A stretch of DNA of 64,000 bases. It comes from Halocafeteria seosinensis. Its lineage: Eukaryota. Below the pieces are notes generated by a model. The model did no database searches, was not told the origin of the DNA, and saw only the letters and a list, made by a program, of their open reading frames with translations. The translations under genes were made by a program, and so were the position numbers. The DNA lies in assembly GCA_001687465.1 (NCBI GenBank), contig LVLI01000084.1, positions 1-64,000 on the forward strand, written 5' to 3'. Below, in pieces: positions 22,101 to 33,690 of this stretch (position 1 is its first letter; each line of letters starts with the position of its first letter).

Positions 22101-24505
22101 GAAGTGGGAGGCGGTCTCTCGTCCCATAAAATTGTCGGATGGGCTTGAAGCGTGGCTGGCGTCGGAGGCTTGTTGTTGCGCTCAAACTGACTAATTTTCT
22201 CGTCATCCTGAATCTCATCTGCGATTTCCCAAGTGGCTTCACTGTACGGTAAAGATACCCATTTCACCAGATACAGAGCTTTCGATGTGGCTCCAATCTT
22301 CTCTAATTCTTCTCTTTCCTTGGGATCCAAATCTTGAACATCAATGTGTTTCTTCGCAACAATCCTATCCACTTCAATGTAACTGCTGTCAAAATATCCA
22401 CTGATATGTACGCTTGGTGGATCTCTTAGAGCAAGGATAGATGACTCTTCTTGATCAAGTTGGAGACGACCTTCCTCATTCTCTGCAAATTTTCTCGCTT
22501 TTTGAACGGCCCATCGTCCTAATTCTCGTAGTAAGTGAACGGTAACCCATTCTACATGCAAGTAGCTTAACCCTTTCCATTTAACAAGATATTCTAGTTT
22601 GTCCCATTTCCTCCTGTCATTTTCATCTGGATGCAATTGGAGCCTCTTTTGCATTATTGCCCTGTCTCTTCTGCGCTCAAGCAACTCCTTCTCGCTTTCT
22701 GAGAGATCATCTCGTTTAAGCTCGGCCGCCGCTTGCGGATCCTGATCTTCCCACTTCCATTCTTCTAGTTCCCCGTAACGTACGCCAAATACTTTCTCGA
22801 TTTTAAACGTCCCGTCTTGACTCTTGTTACCCGTTCTCTGCGCGTAAGTAACCTCTGAGTCATCATCGTCGTATAAATCACTGCTGACATCCGAAACCAC
22901 ATCCTCATCGTCCCTGTTTCGTCGCCCGGCACTTCTCCTCGAGGTCCGCCGCTGTCCCTGCTGTTGCAATAAGTCACTTGGGACGGAAGCTCGGAAATTT
23001 TCTTCAGCGTCGTCATCATCATCATCTGCCTGTCGCTTCTTCCGGTTCTTACTGTTAAAGCGCGACGGTATACCCTGTGCTCTATCTCTGCTCGGAAGTT
23101 GAGTGTTCCTCTGCATACCAGAGTGATGATAAGCCATCTGTTGCTGCATTCGAGGCTGCTCTTCCAGCGATCCCCCAGTGGCAGGGACGTAAACTTCTTT
23201 AGGGGGCACCGTCTGGTTCGAAAGATACTTGAAAGCTAATATTTGTGACCGAAGCTGTTGCATTTGGTTGGGTTGAAAACTCCCAACAAGAGCCGGTTTT
23301 GGAACATCTGGCACACCCGGAGTTTTCTGTTGCTGGTGTTGTTGTGTGTTTGGTACACCACCACTGGGAGCATTGGATTCGGGCTTTGTGCCTTGCTGAT
23401 GCTGTTGTTGTTGTTGCTGATGCTGTACTGCCTTCCAGGCATTTACACATGTAACAGAGGGCTGAATTACAAGAGTGCAACAGGGGCTGTCAATTGCTGA
23501 ACAGCTACCATCGGTGCTTCCGGGATCATCCGCATGGTGTTGAACAGAAACCATTCCGTCTATAGCAGAGGGGACTCCTCTACCTGCTACCTTGGCCAGC
23601 TCATCTTGTAGTTGTAGATTAGCATATAGGAAATTTGTTGAAAACCTGATTCTCGGGTCTGCCCAGCCCCAGACTTCAACTACCATAAGATCATAAATAC
23701 GAGCATAGTGAGAAAGGGAGCCGGTAACGTCATTTCCTTGGATCACACAAGGCCCATACTCGTAAACAATTGGAGAAGAACTCCCATGGTTACGCGTTCG
23801 AACGCGTATACTCAGCAGGTGATTTGCCGGAAAACTGTCAGGGTTGACGCCGCGGGAACGCAAGTGTTGGAGCAACTTATCTGATGATTGACCTAGCCCT
23901 TGCCATTTCCATTCACCGGGCCATGGGCGCCAAAATCGTATCTTTGCTAGCTGCTCTCCAGTTCGCGGCCCTAGGACAGCCTGCACCTGAGACTTGTTTG
24001 CGCGACGGAGGTCTTTATCATTTACACCGACGATGATGTCTCCAGCGTGCAAGTCTAACGCATTCTCAATTGGTGAACGATTTCCTAAGTGCGAAGGCGT
24101 AAATCCGACAACTACAGGCGCTGATGAAATTGCCTGTACTGGAGTATTTGGGGGCAACGCGTCCGGTAAGTCAATCAGCGGTTGGTTTTGCTCGTTGCAT
24201 GGTATGCCATTGACGATCCGAAGCATTTGAACCTGCAAACAGAGACTTCCATCTACTCGAGGAACGACTGCCTCGAACTCTCCCGGACGCAAAGTTGTTG
24301 ACAGTTGCTCCAGGCTCTGTTCACCACCGGCGGAGCCATTTCTAACGGGAGCCGTCATTCCTCCGCCAGATTCCGGTCGATATGGGGCACTTGCCCCGCC
24401 ACTCACTGGAGGCCGCATACCACCTCCAGCAGCTTCTCCTACACCTACGGGAGGGTACTGATTCATCTGCTGCTGGGGATGAGGAGGATGGTGATTCTCA
24501 TCCAT
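19148..24505 (-). CDS. CHD-family (CHD6-9-like) chromodomain SNF2 helicase with N-terminal PDZ-like and QLQ-like domains; apparently intronless
   Basis: Two chromodomains ([31 protein letters not shown]), [35 protein letters not shown] and [22 protein letters not shown]. Confidence 0.92.
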   Translation of the reverse strand: [1785 protein letters not shown]

Positions 24506-26342
24506 TGTACTAGGGTGAGACTCTTCTACGACACACGACCGCCTTCCTCTCTCGATAATAGAGGTATTCAAAACGGGGCAACCTCCGATAAATCCACTCT
24601 ACCTGCGCTTGCCAAATATGCTTCTTATTATACCGTTCTACTCTTAATGGAATGCTTGAATACTGGCATAGAAACACTTCAAAAAATATCTACAGACTAA
24701 CTGGCAAAATTGCCCCCTCGCTTCCGGCTCAATGGACGCACGCACGACTGTATATAGCAACCCCCCACCTTAAGTTGGATTCCACTATACAGCTTCCCAC
24801 AATATTAACACAGAGGTCAGTTCTTTTCTCAGCTCAACGCCGGCTGCCTAATGCGTACACGAGGGCAGACACAGCCTCGATGGCAGATGTCCTTTCGCCG
24901 TGTAGATGATGGAAATTAGAGGGGCTATCCTTAAAGCGTATGACTATGCGATTACATACGTAATGTACATACTTTTCTCCACTAGGATTCCTCTTTTTCC
25001 GGTACTACGATTCTTCTTTTTGCCTCTCATTTAAGGTAGTCGTCGCCGCCTGAGTCCACAATAGCAAGGCTTTTTTGTAATTTTTGGAAGCAGGGAACCG
25101 AAGGGGCAGCGGAGACTCAGCTCCGGTGCAATGAAAATATAGGGCAAAGTAGTACTCGGAGAACGGGAAATTTATGAATTACATACAGTACCGACGTACC
25201 ATTGCTCGTGGATTAACGTTTTCTTGCTAAATGAGCATCTCATGCCAAATCTTCGCCAAGCCGTTTCATCCAAAAAGGTACCGGCAGATTCGGAGATGCT
25301 GAAATAAGATATCAAATTTATTGTTTGATGTCTGGCGATTTCCTACTGTGTACCAACTGCCAATAATGTGAACTCAAGTGGACCCACTCGGTAACTCATT
25401 ATAGCCGTGGGTAGCAGGAATTCATAGAAACCAACAGCAACAGGAACCAGTTGACACGACTGCAGATACTGTCACATACACAAATGTGACAGATAGCCCT
25501 GATACTGTACTACCAAGGAGAGTGTGGCGCAGAGTAATAGCCTTCCTAGCTATGACATAATGAAACTCCTTCATCAAGTGGGTAACCGTTCCGTGGGTAC
25601 GTATCCTACGTGAGTCCATCGCCTGGTTCTGATTCCACGGCCAGCTGGTAAGTGGTTTGGACTCCTCTTTGGGAGACAGCGAAGTCACGCGGTGTTATCT
25701 CAGGGATGTGAATACATGCGAGCGTGACCACACCACAACATGACTGTGACTGTAAGTGTCTTCCCTTAAATGTCTGATTCCACGCCACATCAGTTATCGG
25801 TTTCTAGGCTCTCAACACCATACAAGATGAAAATTCCATCGCAGCTGGGCTCTTCGGAATATCGCGATAGCCCAATCTGTATTCGCGCCGCTCTCAGCCC
25901 TATGAGGGATTCACCTATGCAACACCGGAGACCGTAGTCCACTGGTATGAATCGTAATCGACACGACCACAAAATGTTTCTATACTGCAGTGAGCGATGG
26001 TCATCGCCATGCTACTAATAACACCTTGTCAGCCTGAGCCCTTAACTAATGGCCCTGTCGTTCGTAGCATAGAGAGTTCTTGAAGATGAGACTCATCATG
26101 AGAGCCGTGGTTGAAGTTTGTGAGAAGCTTACGAACTTTCATAACAGTATGGATTCAATCTTTGCTATATCCAGGCAGAATTCCATATCATTGTTAATGT
26201 CTCACCAATGCTCATGTGCTTGTCTGCATAAACTTGGAGGAAGTTGTATCCTGGTAATTCAGTCTTTCGACGCGCTGCTTCAACCTCCCCAGCATTATTA
26301 CCTAGACTATAGAGAGCTCTTGCTACTCGGTGAGGATCTAGC

Positions 26343-27309
26343 ATGTCCTCATCCAACAGTAGAGTCCCCCTTATGGCGAGGAACCGAATACAGCATGAGC
26401 TCAGAAAATTGAGCCAAAATCTGCCACAGGAAATCACGGTATGGAAATAAATACCTCCTATGCCAAAAAACAGCAGATATATGCACTGATTCATATGTGT
26501 TTCTGCGTGACACAGGCCAAGCCACACGATAAAAATATCTTGCAAATACATTATGTGATAAAGGGGCCGAAGAATACTCCCTATGTACGTATGAACAGAC
26601 GCGGTTGCGCTATCGTGAGGGAATTTGACAAGTGTTCACGTACAGGAAGGGGGATATTATCACGGAGTGCTAGATCTACCATCTGAGTATCCCATGAAAC
26701 CACCCGCGATAAGAATGTATACCCCCAGTGGACGCTTTGTCCCAGGGAAACGAATATGTCTGAGCATGAGTGATTATCATGCAGAGACATGGAATCCAGG
26801 TGAGTTCCACTGGATGTTTTCCTTCTCCGCTCGCTCCGATACATATCCTGAGGAATTGCATTGCAGCGTGGTCTATAGCTACTATATTAACAGGTATGTA
26901 TAACGGTAATAAGGTAACGACAGGCTTTCTATCTATGTACCCTGAGGTTCCCGAATGACCCACAGGGTTGTTATCGTTTATGACGGAGAATACCCATAGC
27001 GTCGGAACTGTGAATACCACGGACGATGAAAAGCGCAAATTAGCAAACAAAAGCTTAGAATATAACGTAGGGGACGCAACATTTAGACGGCTATTCCCCG
27101 AAATTGCTGAACGGTACAGGCCTCCCGAAGAGTCCCTTGACGCCACTAATACTCCCACCAATGGAAAAAATACTGGAGAAGTAGCGCAGGACGGTAAGCC
27201 CAATACGGCCCAGAGTTCTGCAAACCGTTCCTCACAATGGACGCCGTTGTTATTTAAGCTGGCAATACTGGCCGTGGCTGTTTATGTAGCGTACATTCAA
27301 CGAACTTAG
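26343..27309 (+). CDS. UBC6: Tail-anchored ubiquitin-conjugating enzyme, Ubc6/UBE2J type; 4 introns
   Basis: [36 protein letters not shown] and [19 protein letters not shown], with a C-terminal TM helix. Confidence 0.9.
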
Positions 27310-27411
27310 AGCAATAATGGACAGCGTTTTAGTATAGCAGTGTATTTGTACGTTCTTCAGTAGCTTTAAAGTAGTATCAATATGTTGGCGTATTTTCCAG
27401 AGTCACTGAGC

Positions 27412-28296
27412 TTAACGTCCTCTCTTCATGTCAGTGACGCTAACGTCTGGTTGGTCGCCTTTCACTTCCTCCTCAGGGTCGACGAACGAAGCAAAGTCTC
27501 CGACAACAGCCTTCAGGGCGTTGACCGCGTTGTAAGGAATCACGATCGTATCCCTGCGGTTTATCCGAAACACGTATCTCCCCAATTCGAACAGAGCAAA
27601 TTTTCAACCTAGGAAGACTTACCTTTGGCCATCTGCCACTTGAGCGATGCGAACGAAGCCTCCACGAGCACCATTGCCAGCGTCAACAAACAATCGCTTC
27701 CTTCGGCCGATGTTGATGCACTTCGATGGGGGCAGTTCTTTGAATGTGCCCGGTTTTTGCTGGATAATTTCTGCGGCTGGGCGAACTTCGTTCTTTGAGA
27801 CCAAGGAATCAAAGGCCTCGTAGTACTCCCGAATTCCTTTCTCAGGGATGATAAAAGTCACCCGCGTCGTCGTAGCACTGGTAACTTTGAGGAATCTTCC
27901 TCGCTGGTTTGCCAAGAGATCCAAGTAGAAAATCTTTGGAGTCATTGGGAGCATTACGGAATGAAGCGGCGATTCTTCTGGATCGGCATTGGAATCAAAG
28001 GCCGGCAGTTCGTCCAGTTTGTCGACAACAGCCTTCAAACCATCACGAAAACGTAGCGCTCCTTCTTCAGGAATGATCATTTTCGTTTTACCACTGTTTT
28101 CTTGGCAAACCAGTTTCACGAACTTCCCTCTGGAATCGCAGAATGAGGCAACAAGTCAGTGTCGACTGTCGACATTTGACGGCGCATACTCAATCCCGTA
28201 CCTATCATTCTCACGAAGATTGAGATGATAAGTCCTGTTCCCAACTCGCATGGTGCGAGTGTCTAACTCCGTGTGGTCCTCTCCGTTGTTTGCCAT
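27412..28296 (-). CDS. PUR-repeat (PurA/Pur-alpha) ssDNA/RNA-binding protein; 2 introns
   Basis: Three PUR repeats: RTYHLNLRENDRGKFVKL, KIFYLDLLANQRGRFLKV and KRLFVDAGNGARGGFVRI. Confidence 0.85.
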
Positions 28297-28965
28297 CTGC
28301 GTTCCACTCAGTTCGAAACGTGTTTACCTCGGGCAAGAAAGTCCGAACGTAACACATCAACCCCCCCCCCACGTCGCAGTGCATTCTTAATACTGCTGGA
28401 CGAAAACTTGGTTGCATCAATCAGACGCATCCGCTGAGCTAATGAAGTAGGACTTCTTGCATCCATTAGCTACGCTCCTTGCGATCCTCAGTTCCCCTGC
28501 TGCTTCCCCTTGTACAGAATTCCAAAAAAGCCAGGGTTCAAATGTTCTACAGCGCAGCGCACTTACTTTCTCCAGTTGCTCTCAATCAGACAGGCAATCC
28601 TTCACGCTACCAATGCGCGCCTTCGAAGCGAGAACGTCTCTCGAGTACCTTCTTTCTCGGACACTTTACAGAATCCCTGATTTCAACCCATTTCTCTGCT
28701 TCTTCTTCTGCGCTTGACTCGCTGGAACATTCTGCGACAAACCCACAGCGTTGAAGTTCGGCCCGGCCCGGGCAAAAAACAGCAGCCGCCGCGGCGCGAA
28801 CTCGACCCTATTAAACGCATACAAAGTTTTACAAACCACAAAATGCATGAGATCCATACATGACAAGCATGGGGGAATGAAAAGGGTGAACATGAAATGA
28901 ATGAATGATAAAAAAAAAAGTGGATACCTTCACGATTTGTGCGTGTCATCCTTGATGCAGGGGCC

Positions 28966-28997
<32 letters not shown>

Positions 28998-29263
28998 ACA
29001 GATGGCTCTGCCCACAAGGGGCAGGCCAAAAGGGCGAAGGGATTTTTCTGCTATCTATAGAGGTACGCTGCTTCAACTGCGGAAAATGCGCAAATTGTCC
29101 CATTTCTTATGGTATACATGAATGTGCGTCCTTTAATTACCGGGGTCACTCCCTCTGTCAGCCTCATTACTCCAGTTATACACGACGATACAGCTTTGAA
29201 TTTCCCTATTTTTGCGTCCCATCTTATCATATCGTACCACTGTATATCGTTGGACCCTGGGAA

Positions 29264-30114
29264 ATGGCGTCGGCCGTCGTTGCGAGGAGCTTATTGAGCT
29301 CCATAGGCTTGAGGAGAGCGTGAGTGATGCCGGAATGTCATGGTTTACCCTTGATTTTAGATGTTTCTTCTCTGTTTTCTGCGCAGAGTTAGGTCCCCAC
29401 GATATGCCCAAAGCATGATTAACAGTGCCAGTGGTACACAAGCGTCCTTGTATAGCACAAGCCTCTGTATACGACAGCAACAGGAAGCCACGGAAGGCGA
29501 AGAGACCGGCAAACGTCAAAATATTATTCAGGAGGCTTCCACAGAAGAAGTTGCAGGTAAAACTGTCGACGACCTAGGGATTGATCAAACTGTCTCCACG
29601 TTTGATGCTATGGGCAAAAAGGAATACAGTCAGGAAATCAAAGACCTGGCGGATCGGATTTCCAAACTCAACCTGATCGAGATAAACGATCTGTGTGATT
29701 TGTTAAAGGACCGAATGGGAATTGACGAAGCAGACTTCTTCATGCCCATGGGTGGTGGTGGCGGTGGCCCTGCGCAGGCGCAGGCGCAGCAAGAGGGAGA
29801 AGACGAAGCTGAACAACAGGAGCAAAAGACGCATTTTAGCGTTAAGATTACAGGCTTTGATGCCAAGGCAAAGATTAAGATTATCAAAGAAGTCCGAGGT
29901 ATTGCTGGCTTAGGGCTAAAAGAAGTAAGTATTCAATCTTTAGTGTTTGTCTCTTTCTTTGTTAATTTTTATACCTCCGCAAGTTCGTATTTAACAGGCC
30001 AAGGAGCTAGTTGAGAACACTCCTGCGACAATAATGAAGGATGTGAAGAAAGAGGAAGCAGAAGAGATGGCTACCAAATTCAAAGAGCTGGGAGCGGAAG
30101 TGGAACTGGAGTAA
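29264..30114 (+). CDS. MRPL12: Mitochondrial ribosomal protein L7/L12; 2 introns
   Basis: Presequence [22 protein letters not shown]; motifs [36 protein letters not shown] and GAEVELE. Confidence 0.9.
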
Positions 30115-30348
30115 CACACTGGTTGGTGGGAAATATATCGCTCATAGTCCCGATGTTGCGACTGTCACAAGAGACGAGTTGCTCATGTTTCTGTCTTCAG
30201 CACACAATGTGCTCTTCCACGCAGTAGGGGTCTTAATGCATAATGCATATCTCCAACAGCGTCTGATAGTTAAGTTAGTGATCAATTTATGGTCGAATCG
30301 CAATCAGCTATCGTCGCGTTCCCGCCTTGTTTCCTCTGAATATACCAT

Positions 30349-31921
30349 TTAAGAGATCCACCGTACACACCAGAGTTGCATTCCATTAGAGTACGCACCG
30401 CTAGATAGAGCGCAATATACTTGCGTGTCGTTCAACGCATGTACTGCTCCCGTATCCAAAGGAATCAGGCACACGTCGAAGCCGGTAGCCGAAAGTACTG
30501 GATGCAGGAACTGGATTCCCCATCGAACATTCGAGGGAGGTAACACGAAATAGGCAACACCCTGCGGGTAAGCCAACCACTGATGCAACACGCGGACTAT
30601 CCCTGCGACATCCGCAGGGGAGCATACCATATCCGACCCAATGACATAATCAAAACGATAGTTCCGTGCAAGCGAGGGCAATGTATGCAAATCGATCTCT
30701 TCTCTCGTCTCGTTGCTGGAATCATTCTCTTGAAGGAAGTCTGTATCTCCGTCAGTTTGCAGAAAATCCTGAGGTTGATCTGCTTTTTCTGAAACTTCTG
30801 ACCAAGTTGGCAACCTCGATAGCTTTCCCGCTGGTAAATGCTTGGAAGCATCAGCCGAGCCTAGAGTTGTATCAGACCAGTCTAGGTAATGAGCTTCAAG
30901 TACGTGAGAGCTCGGAATTGGGTGGGGCAATAGTTCCAAAATGAGATCCTGTTCCGGAAACAACCTCTCGGCATTACCCATCGGGTCCTTATTCAGCATC
31001 GCATTATAGCGCAAGTTTTTGAGGACTTCGGGCATAAAGTCTGTTACGCGAGTTGTAGAGGCGAAATGGCTCGCCACGATACCCGAGAGTCCCATCCCAG
31101 CACCCACTTCGAGAACTGCCTTGTCACAGAAGAGCGACCTATTATTGATTATCCATTGAGAGAGAAGTACCGCACCGGGCCATAGAATCTGTCCAACATC
31201 ATCTTGACTTTTCATTCGGATATGCTTTTCAGCGCGCAACGCTATGCTCAACGTGTTGGTCGTTGCCTTCTGGTCTTCGTAGGAAAAGCGCATTAATTGT
31301 GGAAACTCTGGAGTTCCTTCGTGATGTTTTATGCTCATGGGAAATCCGAATCCCGCAACCGGAGGAAGTACATCAATTATTTGTCCCACGGCCTCGGCTG
31401 CAACCTGCAGAACGACTACATGCAACAAACATGCTCTCAACCTTGGTGCAAGACGAAACACGACACGTACATTAGCTAGCTCCTCATCAATCTCATCGCT
31501 GTAAGTTTGGCTTAATTCAACAATCCTTGCGAGAATTCTATGAGCTCCAATAATTCCGAAATGAATAGCACTATCTCTATCCTGGCATAGCGCTGTCACA
31601 GTCCGAAACACCTGCAACACGGCAGGAGTTGATTCAATGCCTGCAGGTTCTGTGGAAGGAGTAGTATAGATGGCAAACCTTTATCAACTTTTCAGTCTCT
31701 TTCTGCGGTAAATTCTCCTGAGAAATCTTGCGTAATTGCTCTGTAATGGCCTGTACCATTCCATTGGCTCTGAGTAGGATACGTCCCCGCGGAGACTGTG
31801 CCAGCGCCAATGCCTCATCCTCGTCCCACTGAGCGTTTCCGCGCAAAGTTTCAAGCCTCTCTGGAGGAGCATGTGAAGGGCTCTGTATAGCCCGGATATG
31901 GTCAATGGAGAGCGTCTCCAT
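30349..31921 (-). CDS. Seven-beta-strand lysine methyltransferase (METTL21/23-like, family 16); 2 introns
   Basis: Motifs VGQILWPGAVLLSQWI, VLEVGAGMGLSG, TDF, LDW and FDYVIGSD. Confidence 0.85.
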
Positions 31922-32347
31922 CGATAGTATGGCCTTGATAAGGTAGATCACAGCTGAACTTCAACAATCCCCGAAGTAATCCGCATGCACCCAAAAACAC
32001 ATTCACGGGGGAAGATCAACGCCGGACAGCTATATTCCAACGAATCCCCTCCCTTCAACTAATACATGAGTGCGACACTACAACACTGGATGCGTCTGTA
32101 GGCAATGAAACACGTCGTGAACTTCAGCGTCCCCCAACTTCACAAACCAGGTTCCAAGTTGAACTTCCAACTGGCTGGAATCAATGCGATTTGCTTGCTC
32201 TAAAATGAACACCAAAACTGATGATTTTCCCAGTAGAATTGATCGAGCACTGTACTTAGACTTTGGGTTTGGCTTTGTCCTCAATTTCGCTTTATTTCGT
32301 GCGTAGTGGTTCCTTGATTGGAAAGCCGCAGCCGTTTAGACGCCACA

Positions 32348-33636
32348 ATGGACGATACACACCATATACGGAGCGCCTGGGAGGAAAATGACCAGGAAAC
32401 AAGTCTGGAAAGAAGCTGTGTTCAAGAGAGTCAAAATAAAAGTATCGATCGGCCGTCAGAGCGAGTAGACGACGTTGTCAAGTGCTTGGCGAAATTTGCT
32501 TCGCCGGAGGACCAGAAAGTATTGAGTGGAATACAAGAGCAAGCCTCGAATGGGTCGCTCGACCTCTCACCTCAAGGAATACAACTTCTAACAGTAGCGA
32601 CCAACGTGCTTCGCTCGCCCAACGCGGATGCAGAGAATGTAAGGCTTCCATTTAAATGGGACTCGTTGCTATTCGGTGGGTTACGCATCTCGAATTTGCA
32701 GCAGCACGGAGGAGATCCTCGAGCTACAGAAGAAGAGCTAGAAGAAGAGCGACGCAAAACGGCAAGACTGGAATTTGAACTTGAAAATGCAAGGAAAAAG
32801 CTTGCCGCTAATGAGAGGCTGTATCGGCAAACAGAAGAGCAATGGAGGTCGAAAGTATGTCCACAGTTTCACCCCAATTTGCTCTCATTTCGATCGTTTG
32901 AACGCGCTGTAACTTTGTTCCACAGTGTTCTGACTTAAACAATCAAGTACGGGTACTTCAATCAAGGTTGAATCAAGAAGAGACGAAAACTGCGAAGCTC
33001 CAGAACAAGTTGCAAGAGAAGACAGAATCACGGGTAAGCTCTGTATCCAGTACTGTCAAAGTCTGGATGCTTTGCAACGTTTTCCTGTCCATACAGAAAG
33101 TAAAAGAAAAGAGAGATGACGCCTTGAATCAGCTACACGCTCTCAATTTTGTTGGGGGCGAGCATACAATCCAGAAGCGGAAGAATGACTCGTTGCATAG
33201 AGACTTGGCTACCATGCAGCAGAAGCATGAAGCCTTACAGGCATCAGCATCCAAACTGGTTGAAGTCTTCTACCGTAATATGGAAGGATGCTGGGAGGAT
33301 ACTCAGCTTTACAAGACCGTACAAGAACTGCAATCTCTAGATGTATCACCCCAGAGAGTAGATATTCTTTCTGAACATGTAAAGGATTTCCTGCGGAACA
33401 GCACGGAATCTGTGGCATCAAGTCGCCGACAGGGATATGGAGCAACACAAAAACGACGCTGTTCAGTGTTTTCAGATAAAGAAAATGATAATCTTGTAAC
33501 GAAGCGTTCGAAAATACGCGGCACGAGGTCTACTACAAAGCTGAGAGACAGGTGCGGGCAACCCCTTAGGGGCCACAGTACCGAGGACTCAATGAAAGCT
33601 TCCAAAGGAGGTGTCAGCTTTACTGTTGAGCTGTAA
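32348..33636 (+). CDS. Hypothetical coiled-coil protein; 2 introns
   Basis: Exons join in frame across GTATGT..CACAG and GTAAGC..TACAG introns; E/K/Q/L heptad-rich sequence. Confidence 0.7.
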
Positions 33637-33690
33637 AAAGCTTGCATACACTAGTCAATGCGGCTGTGACAATGCTGAAGTGTATCATCT

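Noticed and set aside
26165..26344. Minus-strand ORF whose ATG overlaps the Ubc6 ATG (CATG)
   Set aside because: No recognisable product or consistent exon chain, and CATG is a common palindrome.
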